64,000 bases of DNA from Eledone cirrhosa (Eukaryota), in the NCBI GenBank assembly GCA_964016885.1, contig OZ024741.1, positions 305,474,001 to 305,538,000 on the forward strand. Reading direction: 5' to 3'. The notes beneath the pieces were generated by a model that was given only the letters and a program-made list of their open reading frames with translations, ran no database searches and had not been told where the DNA came from. Positions 51,851 through 64,000 of the stretch are shown one piece after another; the first letter of the stretch is position 1; every line of letters begins with the position of its first letter. Made by a program: the position numbers and the translations under genes.

Positions 51851-52624
51851 GATGGAAGTGTTGGAAATTATGACCAGAAAAAAATGATCGAACTCAAAAC
51901 AGGATAGAATCTACAACTGTAAACATAAATCCGTAAAACCTTTCTCTAGATATAGTCCAAGCTAACCTATGAATTGATCTCATAAACCTACATCGATTCT
52001 CATACGATCTGCATCTCTTTTGACTGGCGGAATTTTATGACAATGAAAACTTGTGCCAAACGTTTATTTAAATCTCTGTGATCATCAATAATCCTCTCAT
52101 CTTTCAAATCTGCTCTTCTCTATTATATCTCCTATTGTAGCCCATAATTATTGTTGATTTCATGTCCAGCTTCATTTCGTGACAATTGCCACTCCCGTTT
52201 CCTAATAGTTCTTTGAACTATATAAAAAAAAATTCTTTTCAGCCAATGATATTTCTAACTCCGACAACATCATGGATACTAGAAGCCCATTGGCTATTAT
52301 TCCCTACACTTCCCCTTCCTTCCCTTTGTACACAAACATACCTAAAATATATTTGTAATTATATATTATCTCATTTATCTCTGATGATTTGCTGAATGTA
52401 GGCATAATGCGAGGGAGTGAATAGGAAAATAATAATCATATCCAGCTCTAGTAGATGATTACATAACAGCAATGAAACACGTGTTAGTTAATATAATGTA
52501 ATAAATCTTTTTTCAAATCTCCCCCCCCCCACTCTTCCTTGGTTTTTCCTAATACTCTATACTATATATATCTATCTATCTATCTATCTCTCTCTATATA
52601 TATGTGTGTGTGTGCGCGTAGTAA

Positions 52625-52658
<34 letters not shown>

Positions 52659-52671
52659 CATATATATATAC

Positions 52672-52702
<31 letters not shown>

Positions 52703-53149
52703 CTCATATGCGCATTTATATTATACATTCATACAATGGCAAATTTCCAACCGAAACATGTCAGGTTACGAATAAATGGGTAGAAGAAAAAAACGTGTTT
52801 GTAATTTTCGTTGAAGAGAAATCATTTGGCTCAGTATAGTACAATACAAATATAAGAAATAAAAATAAAAATAAAACCGATTTATTGGGCGTAGGTGATA
52901 TTCCATGTCAGTCTAACACAACACCTCTGCTTTCCACATTTCAAGAATTCTTTGTAGCCAGACTCTTGGCTCATTGGATGAGCACCAGTTTAGGAATCTT
53001 GCGGTCTGCTGTAAGATTATTCTCTCTCTCTCTCTCTCTCTTTGCTCACCAATAAAATTTACTTAAAAATTGAACGTGTGTACGTATGATCTATTTATTA
53101 CTCTTTCACTGACTCAATCTCAGTTTCTTGCCACACCGCACCTTCTGTC

Positions 53150-53208
<59 letters not shown>

Positions 53209-53601
53209 CTCTCTCTCTCTTTCTCACCGACCCTCTCCCTCTCAAACTCTCTCTCTTTGACATTACCACCTTGCGCCTTAATTCAATTCACCTCAGAATT
53301 GAACATGTGCATGTACGTTCTCTATCTCTCATTCACCTAGTCTTGCTGTTGCGCCATTTATTGCCTTCTATCACACAAACACACTCACACCACACACACA
53401 AACACACACACACTCTCTCTCTGGTATTGTCATATTCCACACCACATAAATTCACTTCAGAATTGAACGTCTGTACTATTTATCTCTAGACGAATTACCA
53501 CATGTGCCGGATTAGAATGTTTAAAACGTGGAACAAGTGACACACACGGAATTGTGTATTGTAGATTTTTGTTTATATATATATTTATTTAATATAGAAA
53601 A

Positions 53602-53652
53602 GGCTTCTACAGGACTAGAACTGTTTCATTCGGGAGAAATCATCAGGAAGCC
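53602..53652 (-). ncRNA. Type-I hammerhead ribozyme
   Basis: Minus strand: GGCTTC-CTGATGA-tTTC tccc GAAt-GAAA-CAG ttctagtc CTG-TA-GAAGCC (6-bp stem I, GUA triplet). Confidence 0.8.
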
Positions 53653-53783
53653 GACTGTCCTTATATATAAAATTTTATATATATATATGTATAGGAATTT
53701 CGTATTTCTAAAGAAACACGGTTTTAGGAAGCCGTAGCTATGCTAACGCCCTCTGGAGGTGTCCAGCAGAAGCAAGGGGGACA

Positions 53784-53827
53784 ACCGTCTATGCATTTCA
53801 GGCTTGACTGGCCTTCTTCAGGACAGT
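53784..53827 (-). ncRNA. Minimal type-I hammerhead ribozyme
   Basis: Minus strand: ACTGTC-CTGAAGA-AGGC cagtcaa GCCT-GAAA-TGCA-TA-GACGGT. Confidence 0.85.
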
Positions 53828-54227
53828 CCCTCACACCGCTTGCTACTGCTGGACTTGAAAACAGTCGAGAATATATAGTTTTCTCATCTATGTAAATAAG
53901 GTGATTAATCTCATTTGCATATGAAGCTGCATAATAGACTTTATAATAGAATAGAAATAGTATTTCCCTTCAAGCATAGCTTTATACACATATGCATAGA
54001 AATTTCGTATTTCTAAAGAAACACGGTTTTAGGAAGCCGTAGCTATGCAAACACCGAGGCTAACGCCTTCTGGTGGTGTCCAACAGAAGCATATTTCTAT
54101 TCTATTATAAGTTGAGCCAACTTATGCAGCTTCATATGCAAATGAGATTAATACCTTATTTACATAGACGAGAAAACTATATATTCTCGACTGTTTACAA
54201 GTCCAGCAGTAGCAAGCGGTGGGAGGG

Positions 54228-54271
54228 ACCGTCCTGACGAAGGCCAGTCAAGCCTGAAATGCATAGACGGT
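54228..54271 (+). ncRNA. Minimal type-I hammerhead ribozyme
   Basis: ACCGTC-CTGACGA-AGGC cagtcaa GCCT-GAAA-TGCA-TA-GACGGT; predicted cleavage after 54265. Confidence 0.88.
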
Positions 54272-54997
54272 TGTCCCACTTGCTTCTGCTGGACACCACC
54301 AGAGGGACGTATTTATTACATATACGTATTTCAATGACATGGTGGGTTGGTATTATGTAATGGTTACATCAGTAACTAGTACCTGTATATCATCAGATGT
54401 TAACACAATTATGTGAAATGTTATGGTGATATGTTGATTTGTTGCATGTAAAATAGTTCCATGCTAGTGTAGATCTAGGGAACATATGATACTCCGAATT
54501 TAGTTTTTCCTTAGTGTTTGTATGGTAGAAGTACCTATTTTCTGATTCGTGGAATCTGCAGACTCTAAGAAATGTTAATTAATTCTAGTCTGATTACATA
54601 ACTACCTACCAAGTCATTGAAATATGTATAATGTAATAAATACAATTATGTATACATAACATCTGTCTTAACATTATTTCGTGTGTGTATATATATACAC
54701 GTATAATGTTTTTTAATGTCTAAAGAAAATTAATTGCCCCAGGAAAGCTACCACTTAAAATAAAATTTCGCTGGAGATAGATTAGCAACATTCAATAAGG
54801 GGTGATGGTGGAATACGAGCGAGGCGGTTTGAAAAATCTAAAAAATAATAAGCGGGTTCGGAGGTGGGGGTGGGGGTGACTATTTGTGATAGATAGCTTC
54901 TGATGAAGATCTCAACAAAGATCCAAACTTGAATCAAACTACTCAACTTTTTTAATCTATGGAGAAATACGTAGACAAGACATGTTTACATATTTAA

Positions 54998-55217
54998 CCT
55001 TTTAGCATTTAAACCAGCTGTATCTGGCCAGAATTTTCTCACCTCTTTCTGTTCAAACTGACCATAACCAGCTGCTCATACTTATGTTAAGTATTGTCCT
55101 CAAAATAAATGATATTAAAATCTCATACATTCGATGTCATGTGAGATAATTATGTGAGATAAAGTGTTTACCATGAAAATGCAATAGTATATATTGAGTA
55201 ATGTAAATGCTAAAGGG
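54998..55217. mobile_element. piggyBac-type MITE
   Basis: TTAA-CCTTTTAGCATTTA ... TAAATGCTAAAGGG-TTAA. Confidence 0.75.
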
Positions 55218-55651
55218 TTAAATATAAAAATGTCTTTACATACACAATTCTCACAGCTTTGGTTAAAAAATCTGTACTGTATATACAGATTGGAGTTTAT
55301 ATCATAATGGTTATATCACAATCATCACTGTTTAACGTCCATTATCCATGCTTGCATAGGTTAGATGAGTTGTCATATTATGAGGCTAGACAGGTTGCTC
55401 ATACAGATCTGTTTTGGGTTTGGTTTTCTATGGCTGGTTGCCCTTCCTAATGCCAACCACATTAAAGCATTTACTGGGGGCTTTTCTCGTGGCACCTCCA
55501 CTATCACTTTATAGGGTGAACTGGGTGCTTTGCATCATGGAACCTGGACAACCGCCTTACATGATGGGCTGAGTGCTTTATTGACTTGGCATCAGCACAT
55601 GCACCTTACAAGTGTGTGTGTATGTATGTATATATATATGTACATATACAT

Positions 55652-56050
55652 GGAGGTACAAGGCTTAGTGGTTAGAGCATTGGCCTTACAATCGAAAGGT
55701 TGTGAGTTCAATTCTCGGACCGGGTGATGTGTTGTTTCCTTGAGCAAGACACTTTATTTCACATTGCTCCAGTTTACTCAGCTGTAGAAATGAGATGATA
55801 GGGACTGGGGTCCCAGTCCCTATCATTCCACTGTAAAGTGGTTGTAGAGGTGCCACTGCAAAAAAGCACCCAGCCCACACTGTAAAGTGGACATGTAGGC
55901 ACCATGGAAAAAAAGCACCCAGCACTCCCTGTAAATGAGGTTGGTGTTAGGAAGGGCTTCCAGCTGTAGAAATCAAGCCAGAATCAGTTCCCGTCCCACC
56001 CTTGCAAGCAGGGAAAAGCAGACGTAAAATGATGATGATGTTGATGATGA
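55652..56050 (+). mobile_element. CORE-like tRNA SINE, full length
   Basis: Same family as 6181-6545, with an extra internal module repeat. Confidence 0.88.
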
Positions 56051-56056
56051 TATATG

Positions 56057-56099
<43 letters not shown>

Positions 56100-57749
56100 C
56101 TATATATATATATACTGAGTTAGAGAGGTGGGAGAGAGATAACAGGGTTTTCATAAGGTTTCCATCAACCAAATTTCACTCACAAGGCATGGGTTAATCC
56201 AAGGCTATAGGTGAAGACACTTTCTCAAAGTGTCACACAATGGAACTAAACTTGAAACCACATGGCTATACAAATAAATCAGAGATAATTCCCTCAAGTC
56301 AATAATACTAAATAGATAAAGCATTTGAACCATTAAAAGATGAAAACATGAACCCTTTTGATACCAAACCTATTTGATGCCAAACTGGATTAACGGAACA
56401 AAACTGTTTATTTTAAAGTTTTCATATTCATCTAAGACACTTTCATCCTAATTTTATGTAAGAACCTTTGTTGAATTATGTTGCAAAAACCATCTTAAGA
56501 ATGAAAAAATGAGTTGTATTACTAAATACCTTCAAATTCTTGCTTATGTTCAAAATTATTTGAATATCAGAAGTAGTGTCTTTCATAAGAACTATGATAA
56601 CAAAATAGTTAAAACAATGTAGTAAATGGGGGATGAATAATGTAGCAATTGGTTTTTCTATATTTTATACTAGTGGAACAGTGCCATTAATAATGGATTT
56701 TGATTTAGGCACAAGGGTAGTAATTTGGGGGAAGGGAAAGTTGATTATATTGACCCCAGTACTTGACACTGGTACTTTATTTGATTGACCTTAGAAGGAT
56801 GAAAGGTAAAGTTAACCCTATTGGAATTTGAATTTCGAATGTAAAGAGCTGAAAGAAATACCACAGCATTTTATCTGCTTCTGTAATGACTACCAATCCA
56901 CCAGCTTTAGTGCTGTCAATAATGATAGCAATAACATGGAACATATTTAATTTTTGGAGTCCAGCATTGGTATACCATATATACCAAATTTGCTAGATAT
57001 ATAAACAATCATACAAACTGGGAAATTTGTGTTTTGATAAATTTATAGTTTGAATAAGAGAAACCTTATAGTTTATATTGATTCCTGACATGTGGAAGTG
57101 ATTAAAGATAAGAATGATATTTTAATAATTTTTCATAGGATATAATTATACAAATTTTCAGCATATATGTACAAATGACATACAGGATTAAATGTTTCAG
57201 TAACTTTGAAGAAATAACTATTTACAAGTACAAATGTAGGGTTAAAAGCCAGGACTTTGTGATTAGAAAACAAACTTCTTATTGTAGCAAAGTGATTAAC
57301 ATAGGAAATGTGTTGTGTCTGTGTGTGTGCACGTGTGTGTAAATTTTAAAGAGTTACAATTATTTGATGAATGGAACAGCCTGCTCACGAAATTAACGTG
57401 TAAGTGGCTGGACATTCTGCAGCCATATCTATACATAATGTAATCCTCAGGGAGATTCAGCATAGCACAGTGTGTGACAAGAATGACCCTTCGAATTATA
57501 GATACAGCCCATTTGACAGGCTTCCAAATAGTTTCTCTCTACCCAGTCTCAATTAAAAGGTATGGGTTGACCCAAGGCTATGATAAATGACACTCGCTCA
57601 TGATGCAGTACCTGATTTCAAAAGGAACTTCTTAACAATTCAGCCATGGTGCATCAATGTAGCATATTATTATGGTAGATTCCATATTCTATATCTCCCA
57701 TTCTTTCCTTTGGTTGAACATGCTTCTATAATGTGAAGGCATATGTATT

Positions 57750-58012
57750 ATTGAATGAGGTGTTTAACTCAGAATAATAAGGTCATGAGTTTGATACCTG
57801 GTAGCTTGTGTCCATGATCAAGACACTTTATTTCATATTACTCCTGTCCACTTATCTAGTAAAAAATAATTGTATTTGTAATTCAAAGGGCCAGTCATGT
57901 CATATACTGTGTTACACTGATTCTCCCTGAGTATTACATTATAGGTACATTTGTCTGTGGAATGCTTAGCCATATACAGGAGCAGGCTGTCCCATTGATC
58001 AAATAACTGGAA
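57750..58012 (+). mobile_element. CORE-like SINE with a different tail
   Basis: CAAGACACTTTATTTCA..TGTAATTCAAAGGGCCAG..CTGATTCTCCCTGAG. Tail copies lie near 24220-24375, 47200-47340, 47625-47765, 57370-57500 and 60325-60470. Confidence 0.6.
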
Positions 58013-58392
58013 CATTTGTTGCCAGCACTGATAAAAGGAGGCCAGTCAACAATAGAATATGTTCAGTTTCTCTGTGACAAATAGCTTTCAAAACAAAATC
58101 GCTCAGAACTTTCTAGATTGTACTATTCCTCCCTCTCCCCCGCCAGCAGCACTACAACATCCACCACCACCATCACAAGGTTACAACGTGCCAAACTGCT
58201 TCCGCATTGATGGTGCACAGTCAGTTGCATGGTGCATATAATTGTAGTAACATAACCTCATGATTTGTGTGTGTTTGTAGCCGTAAGTGTGTGGGTGTTT
58301 GTCAGCTTCAGTTTTTTATTTTTTTGTGTGTATCTGTTAGCATGAATCATTTATGAATATAAATAAGCAACTTGCATGTTTTGAAGACAAAC

Positions 58393-58445
<53 letters not shown>

Positions 58446-59789
58446 AACACACTCACAAAAAATAATTTATATTTATAACTGAAATCGCTTGCCCGAATAG
58501 CATACATATTTGAGTTCCATATAACATCGACATAAGCTAGTACACCTTCTACCTGTTTGTTCTAGAAGCAGTCACATGTGTTTATGTAATACATACAAAA
58601 TTGCTTTACTATTTCCAAATTTATCATTGCTAAGGAAAGTTTGGCAGCATGGCAGAGAACATAGCTTAGTTAGAGTGGTGGTGTTACACTAACTTAGTCA
58701 AGAAAGCAAGCAGAGATATGTCATGGCTGCTTTTAAACATTACTCATTATTCTTCTATTTATTTACTGGTTTTACTCATTAGACTATGGCCATGTTGGGG
58801 CACTACCTCCAAGGAATTTTTTAAAATGTTTGTACTTATTTATATAAGATATCTATTGTTAAAAGTTAAATTATGGGATATAAACATGGATAAACACACA
58901 CACCTACACAAGTATGTAGGTGTGTGTGTATGTATACAACAGGCTTCTGCAGTTTCCATCTACCAAATTTCATTCACAAGGCATTAGTCAACTCAAGGCT
59001 ATAGTAGAAGATACTTGCCCAAAGTTCCTTACAGTAGGATGAAGCCAAAAATCTTATGGCTGTGAAGCAAATTCCTTAACCACACAACCATACCTATAGC
59101 AGACATACCAACCTCTAAAAACCCAGACAGCAAGTATCATGAAAAAAAGTGCCCCAAAACGGGGAGAAATGAGGCAAAATGGAGAGATTTTACATAATGA
59201 AAGCTATACCCATTTTCACAAGAGAAGACATCTCTCACCCACCCCAAAGGCTATTGCAAATCTCCCCGTCAGATGGAGAGAGTTGATAGATTTGTTACAG
59301 GTAAATTTGAACATTTGTTTTCTAAAATAAATGACTCGTATGTCAATAAGGAATAGGGAAAGAAAAGTAAAACAGTGCAACAGGAGTTTATTTGTTGTAT
59401 ACCGTGGGTATTCCATGTGCAAAGGTGTGTAACCCTGTATGTGTGTTTACATATACTCATTGTTTATGTCCCATGACTTAGCAGTTTAGTAAAAAAAGAT
59501 TCATAAAATAAATGCCATGTTTGAAAAGAGAAATAAGAACTGGAGTTGATATATCTAGAAATGAAAAAACTCATTGCTAGAACAGCTGTTAAAATAGCTA
59601 AATGCTGTCAAAGACACGGTGGGCAAAAATGTCTCAGTGGATAGATACCAGCGGCCAGTGGTCAATAGAAAGAGACAATCCACAAGGTGGGTGACAGGAA
59701 AATGAAATATAGAAAAGATTAAAAGAGGAGAAGGACAACAAAGATAATATTGATTTTTTATTGGAGTTGATATGATTGACTAAATCCTT

Positions 59790-60060
59790 TAATGAATCCA
59801 AATTTGCCAACCAAGTCCTCGTCCAGGATCCCACATCTAAACAAGTCAGCTTTGACCTTCCTAGAAGGCAATGGGTGTTCCTTAATCGGATCTGCACAAC
59901 ACATGCCAGGACAGCCTATCATCTCCATCAGTGGAAAATGAAAGACAGCCCAGAATGTAACTGTGGGGACCCTGACCAGACAGTACTCCATGTTGTTCAG
60001 GATTGCTCCTTGGATGTTTTCTTGGCAGACTGGAGGCAATCCATAATGTACAAATAACAC
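59790..60060 (+). mobile_element. Ingi/Vingi-like LINE C-terminal fragment
   Basis: FDLPRRQWVFLNRI..HLHQWKMKDSPECNCGDPDQTVLHVVQDC (CCHC-type). A shorter homolog lies at ~24620-24735. Confidence 0.65.
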
Positions 60061-61509
60061 CTTGGTCTGTCTCACTGGTGTTGACCTGCCTCTCTATTGT
60101 GCATACATCATACAACTAGAAGACTAAATCCTTTCAAGATAGGGCCCCATCATATCATAGTCAAATGATTGAAACCAGTAAAAGGAGATTTGAGCAATAT
60201 AAATTTTTGCTCCTTCTTTAAAATGACTCTTTTTTTTACTAACTTTAAATTCTTTCTGATCCTCCTCCCTCAGATGGTCTAACAGTGTGTGTGTGTGTAT
60301 GTGTAAAGACCACGGCTGTGAAGGTGCATGGTTTAGTGATTAGGATGTTTGACTCATAATCGTATTTATTTAATATTTATTTTACACTGTTTTAGTCACT
60401 CAGTTGCAAAAAATGTGTTGCACTTGTAATTCCAAAGACCAGCCTTGTCACATATTTTGTTACACTGAATCATCATCATTATCATTTAACATCCACTTTA
60501 CCTGCAGACCAGGGTTGGACAGGTCCTCACAGATCAAGTCTGTATTGAAACGGGGCCACTGACCACCCAGACAGTCTGGGGCTTGCATCTTATTTACATA
60601 TGGTTTCACGTTCTACCAAGTGCATTTTATCATGGCACCAGCACTAGACAGGTTGTCATCCTTTGGTTGTCAACTGAAGGCTCCTCCCAACCCTTTGCTT
60701 GGCAAGCCTTTTACGACTGGATGCCCTTCCTGTCATCAACTTTAAATTCTTTACAATGTGTACTGGGTACATTTATTGTATTGGTTACCAACACTAGAGA
60801 GGTTGTTATGTCATTGACACAATGGAAGGGTCCTCTTAACTGTTCTTGGCTTGGTTTCTACAGCAGGGTACCCTTTCTGTTGCCACCAACCTATTGGGTG
60901 TACTAGGCACTGTCACTAGAGAGGCTGTTGGTCATAGTTCCAACTGAAGAGCCCTCTCTTCTCTGATGAGTGTGTGTGTGTGTGGGGGGGGGGTGATATG
61001 GAAAGGAGATAGGTATGAAGTCTCCCTGAGAATTACATTAAGGGTACATGAGCAGAATGATCCATGGATCAGACAACTGGAACAATCATCATCAGAGCCA
61101 ATGGGAGTCCAACCCCCCCCCCCCACACACACACATACAAAGATCAGAGTTGTTGAGAATGGGTTTTACCCTTACAGCCAGAAAATACTTCCAGCTCTGA
61201 ACTGATGCTATTCCTCTTCTATATGTGAACTATTTATTTACATAAGTAGTTCACATAATAAACAGAAAGAGAGAAAAAAAAAAAAATGTAAAAAAAGAAG
61301 AAAAGGAGAAAGAGGAAAGGAGGAGCAGATTGTAGTCCTGTCTCGGTGGTGTATATCTCAGTTGTGCTATACAGAATGTGACAATAGCTCTACTGCGGAG
61401 AACAGCCTGTGACATCCACTGCATCAGCCACTCCTCCATTTGAGGGGCTTCTTCTTCAGGCATGGTGCACTCCTTTCAAATTTGTGGATGAAAATTGCTG
61501 TCCAGGGAT

Positions 61510-62200
61510 TGAGGACACCTGAGGTCTTGGCAGTGACTGAGGACATTTAAGGTCTTGACAGTGGCCAACGACACCTGAGGTGTTAATGGTGACTGAGGAT
61601 ACCTGAGGTGTTAATGGTGACTGAGGATACCTGAGGTTTTAATGGTGACTGAGGATAGCTAAAATCTTAATGGTGACTGAGATCTTGACGGTGACTGAGA
61701 ACACCTGAAGTCTTAATGGTGACTGAGAACACCTGAGGTTTTAATGGTGACCAAGGACACCCGAGGTCTTAATGGTGACTGAGAACACCTGAAGTCTTAA
61801 TGGTGACTGAGGACACCCGAGGTCTTAATGGTAACCAAGGACACCCGAGGTCTTAATGGTGACTGAGAACACCTGAAGTCTTAATGGTGACCAAGGACAC
61901 CCGAGGTCTTAATGGTAACCAAGGACACCCGAGGTCTTAATGGTGACTGAGAACACCTGAAGTCTTAATGGTGACCAAGGACACCCGAGGTCTTAATGGT
62001 GACTGAGAACACCTGAAGTCTTAATGGTAACCAAGGACACCCAAGGTCTTAATGGTAACCAAGGATACCCGAGGTCTTAATGGTAACCAAGGACACCTGA
62101 GGTCTTAATGGTGATTGAGGATACCTGAGAGCTTGACAGTGACCAAGGACACCAAAGATTTTGATGGTGACTGATGACACCTGAGGTCTTAATGGTGATT
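61510..62200. repeat. 28-bp minisatellite (~24 copies)
   Basis: Unit GAGGTCTTAATGGTGACTGAGAACACCT and variants; GAGGTCTT at 61819 and 61847. Confidence 0.92.
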
Positions 62201-62535
62201 AGCACACAAAGGAAGCAGTGAGTCAAGTCTTGGTATTTGGATATCTTCTGCTCTCCTGAAGTGACATGGTTGTAGGTGGGCAATGTATTGCTACACATTG
62301 CATCTCAGGTTAGAGATTTATTCCCCTGCAATTGGTAAAAGTTATTCCACCTGGGAGTTTACTACTGTCACCACAGTTAAGGCTGATAAGCTCCAGTGGT
62401 GATGGGAAACTGGCCACTTCAAGGTTCTCAAGAACTTCAAGAGGTTCTCAAAAATGTTGAGCCCCCCCCCCCCCCCCCCCCCCCAGTGCCCCCCAACCCT
62501 ATTTCCAGAGAGACCTGCCTATATGCAAATTGTAA

Positions 62536-62722
62536 ATAATATATAATAAATAAAATCGTTAATTTATAATAAATAATATAATATATAATATAATATATAA
62601 TATATAATATAATATATAATATAATATATAATATATAATATAATATATAATATATAATATATAATATAATATATAATATATAATATAATATATAATATAA
62701 TATATAATCTCCTTATAATATA
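62536..62722. repeat. (TAATA/TAATATA)n low-complexity array
   Basis: Direct reading. Confidence 0.9.
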
Positions 62723-62879
62723 TAACCAGCAATTTCTCTGTCTGTCTGTCCAACAGTGGAAACACGTGCGCGCGTGCGAATGTTTTTTGCGCACGCGTAG
62801 AGAGAGAGTGAGAGTGAAAGAAAGAGACAGACTACAAGAGGGGGATAGCAGGAGGGAGAGAGGGGGGAATTGAGGAGTG

Positions 62880-63105
62880 CTACAGAAACATATATACATT
62901 TCTGTGTGTGTGTAATATATATATATATACACACAAAGAAATATATATATATACACACAGAAATATATATACATTTCTGTGTGTGTAATATATATATATA
63001 TACACACAGAAATATATATACATTTCTGTGTGTGTAATATATATATATATATATATACACACACAGAAATATATATACATTTCTGTGTGTGTAATATATA
63101 TATAT
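62880..63105. repeat. Tandem self-complementary units ACACAGAAATATATATACATTTCTGTGT separated by (TA)n
   Basis: About 4 copies; each unit is a near-perfect palindrome. Confidence 0.8.
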
Positions 63106-63143
63106 ACTAGCAGAAAACCACGCGTTGGGCGGTTTTCTGCTAG

Positions 63144-63445
63144 TCTATATATATAAAACTGAGGATGTCTGTCTGTGTGTGTGTGAGTTCGAATCCCTAA
63201 AACTCGAGAACCACCAAACCGACTGTTTTCAAACTTTACACATGTAATACTTATGTTTCAGGGAGTGTTTTGAGCAAAAGAAATTTCAAATTTTCAATGC
63301 CCTAGGGACAATATTAGGCGATTTAGCGATCTCTCTCTATAATTCTTAGTCTTTCTCTTTTTAGATAGATACATACATATAACGTCGCGCCCTTATAATA
63401 TCTGTCTGTATGTCTGCTGTCTGCATTACGTCACTTCCCTGAGGA

Positions 63446-63481
<36 letters not shown>

Positions 63482-64000
63482 TGAGTTTGAATCCCTAAAG
63501 CTCGAGAAGTACCGAACCGATATTTTTCAAACTTTACATGTGTATTACTTATGTTTCAGGGAGTGTTATGCAACTTTTTGATCTCCTAGGGCCCGCATTA
63601 GGTGAAAAACTGCGTCTTTTAAGCTTTTTAGGGGTCTTTTGAGGTGTTACGTCAGACCCATTTCCTTGAAATTGTAACTATGTATTAGTCAGTCTCTTCT
63701 TCATACCGTGAGCAAAGATAACTTTTTTATTGCCTTAGGTGAAAAACTTCATTTTTTCAGCATTTTAGGGCTTTTTGGAGGCGTTATGTCTAGCCAATTT
63801 TCCCGAAATTTCAAGGCATATTATGCACATAAAAAAAATTCATTTGCTTGATCCCCTAGGGCCCGCATTAGTTGAAAACCTGCATTTTTCCTGCTTCATC
63901 GAGGAAAATCTTAAAGATTATCCAGCCATCAGAGTATTCGGTTTATTTTCTTTACATATTGTCCAGGCATGCAGTTTTTCCACGATTAGGTCTGTTGGCG
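63144..64000 (+). mobile_element. Non-autonomous Helitron-like element (runs off window)
   Basis: Starts TCTATATATATAAAA..GTCTGTCTGTGTG, preceded by a CTAG end; internal duplication ~63159-63290 vs ~63439-63570. Confidence 0.6.

Larger units (their letters stand above)
53691..54310. mobile_element. Retrozyme-like HHR element, locus B (~1.3 head-to-tail monomers, then an inverted partial monomer)
   Basis: CGTATTTCTAAAGAAACACGG recurs at 53701 and 54006 (period 305; the first copy has a ~12-nt deletion). 54091-54310 is inverted. Confidence 0.85.

Noticed and set aside
54895-54940. Functional hammerhead (CTGATGA-AGATCT..AGATC-CAAAC)
   Set aside because: G12 of GAAA is replaced by C and stems I and III pair poorly; at most a decayed relic.
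61510-62200. CRISPR-like array
   Set aside because: Contiguous tandem units without unique spacers, no cas genes, and a eukaryotic context.

Overview
AT-rich animal genomic DNA, most consistent with an octopod cephalopod (inferred from the repeat landscape: RTE LINEs, CORE- and Nin-type SINEs, long TA/CA/TATG microsatellites). It holds one clear host gene: a small heat-shock protein with two alpha-crystallin domains (33216-34178, minus strand, single coding exon behind a splice acceptor). The rest is mostly mobile DNA: four RTE-clade LINE copies (three covering a PHD finger inserted inside the RT), R4/Dong-like RLE LINE fragments in (TATG)n, a Neptune-type Penelope-like element, SINEs, MITEs and a Helitron-like element. 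The main signal not shown by the ORF track is a set of about ten type-I hammerhead ribozymes (HHR) from about five sequence families, mostly in (TA)n-flanked fold-back elements. One family (49.1-49.6 kb and 53.7-54.3 kb) reconstructs as a ~320-nt, circularly permuted, highly base-paired, non-coding monomer with a minimal HHR and an octamer motif, i.e. a retrozyme-like element. A second family has a non-canonical CCGANGA core. All structures were derived by eye; repeat boundaries are approximate.
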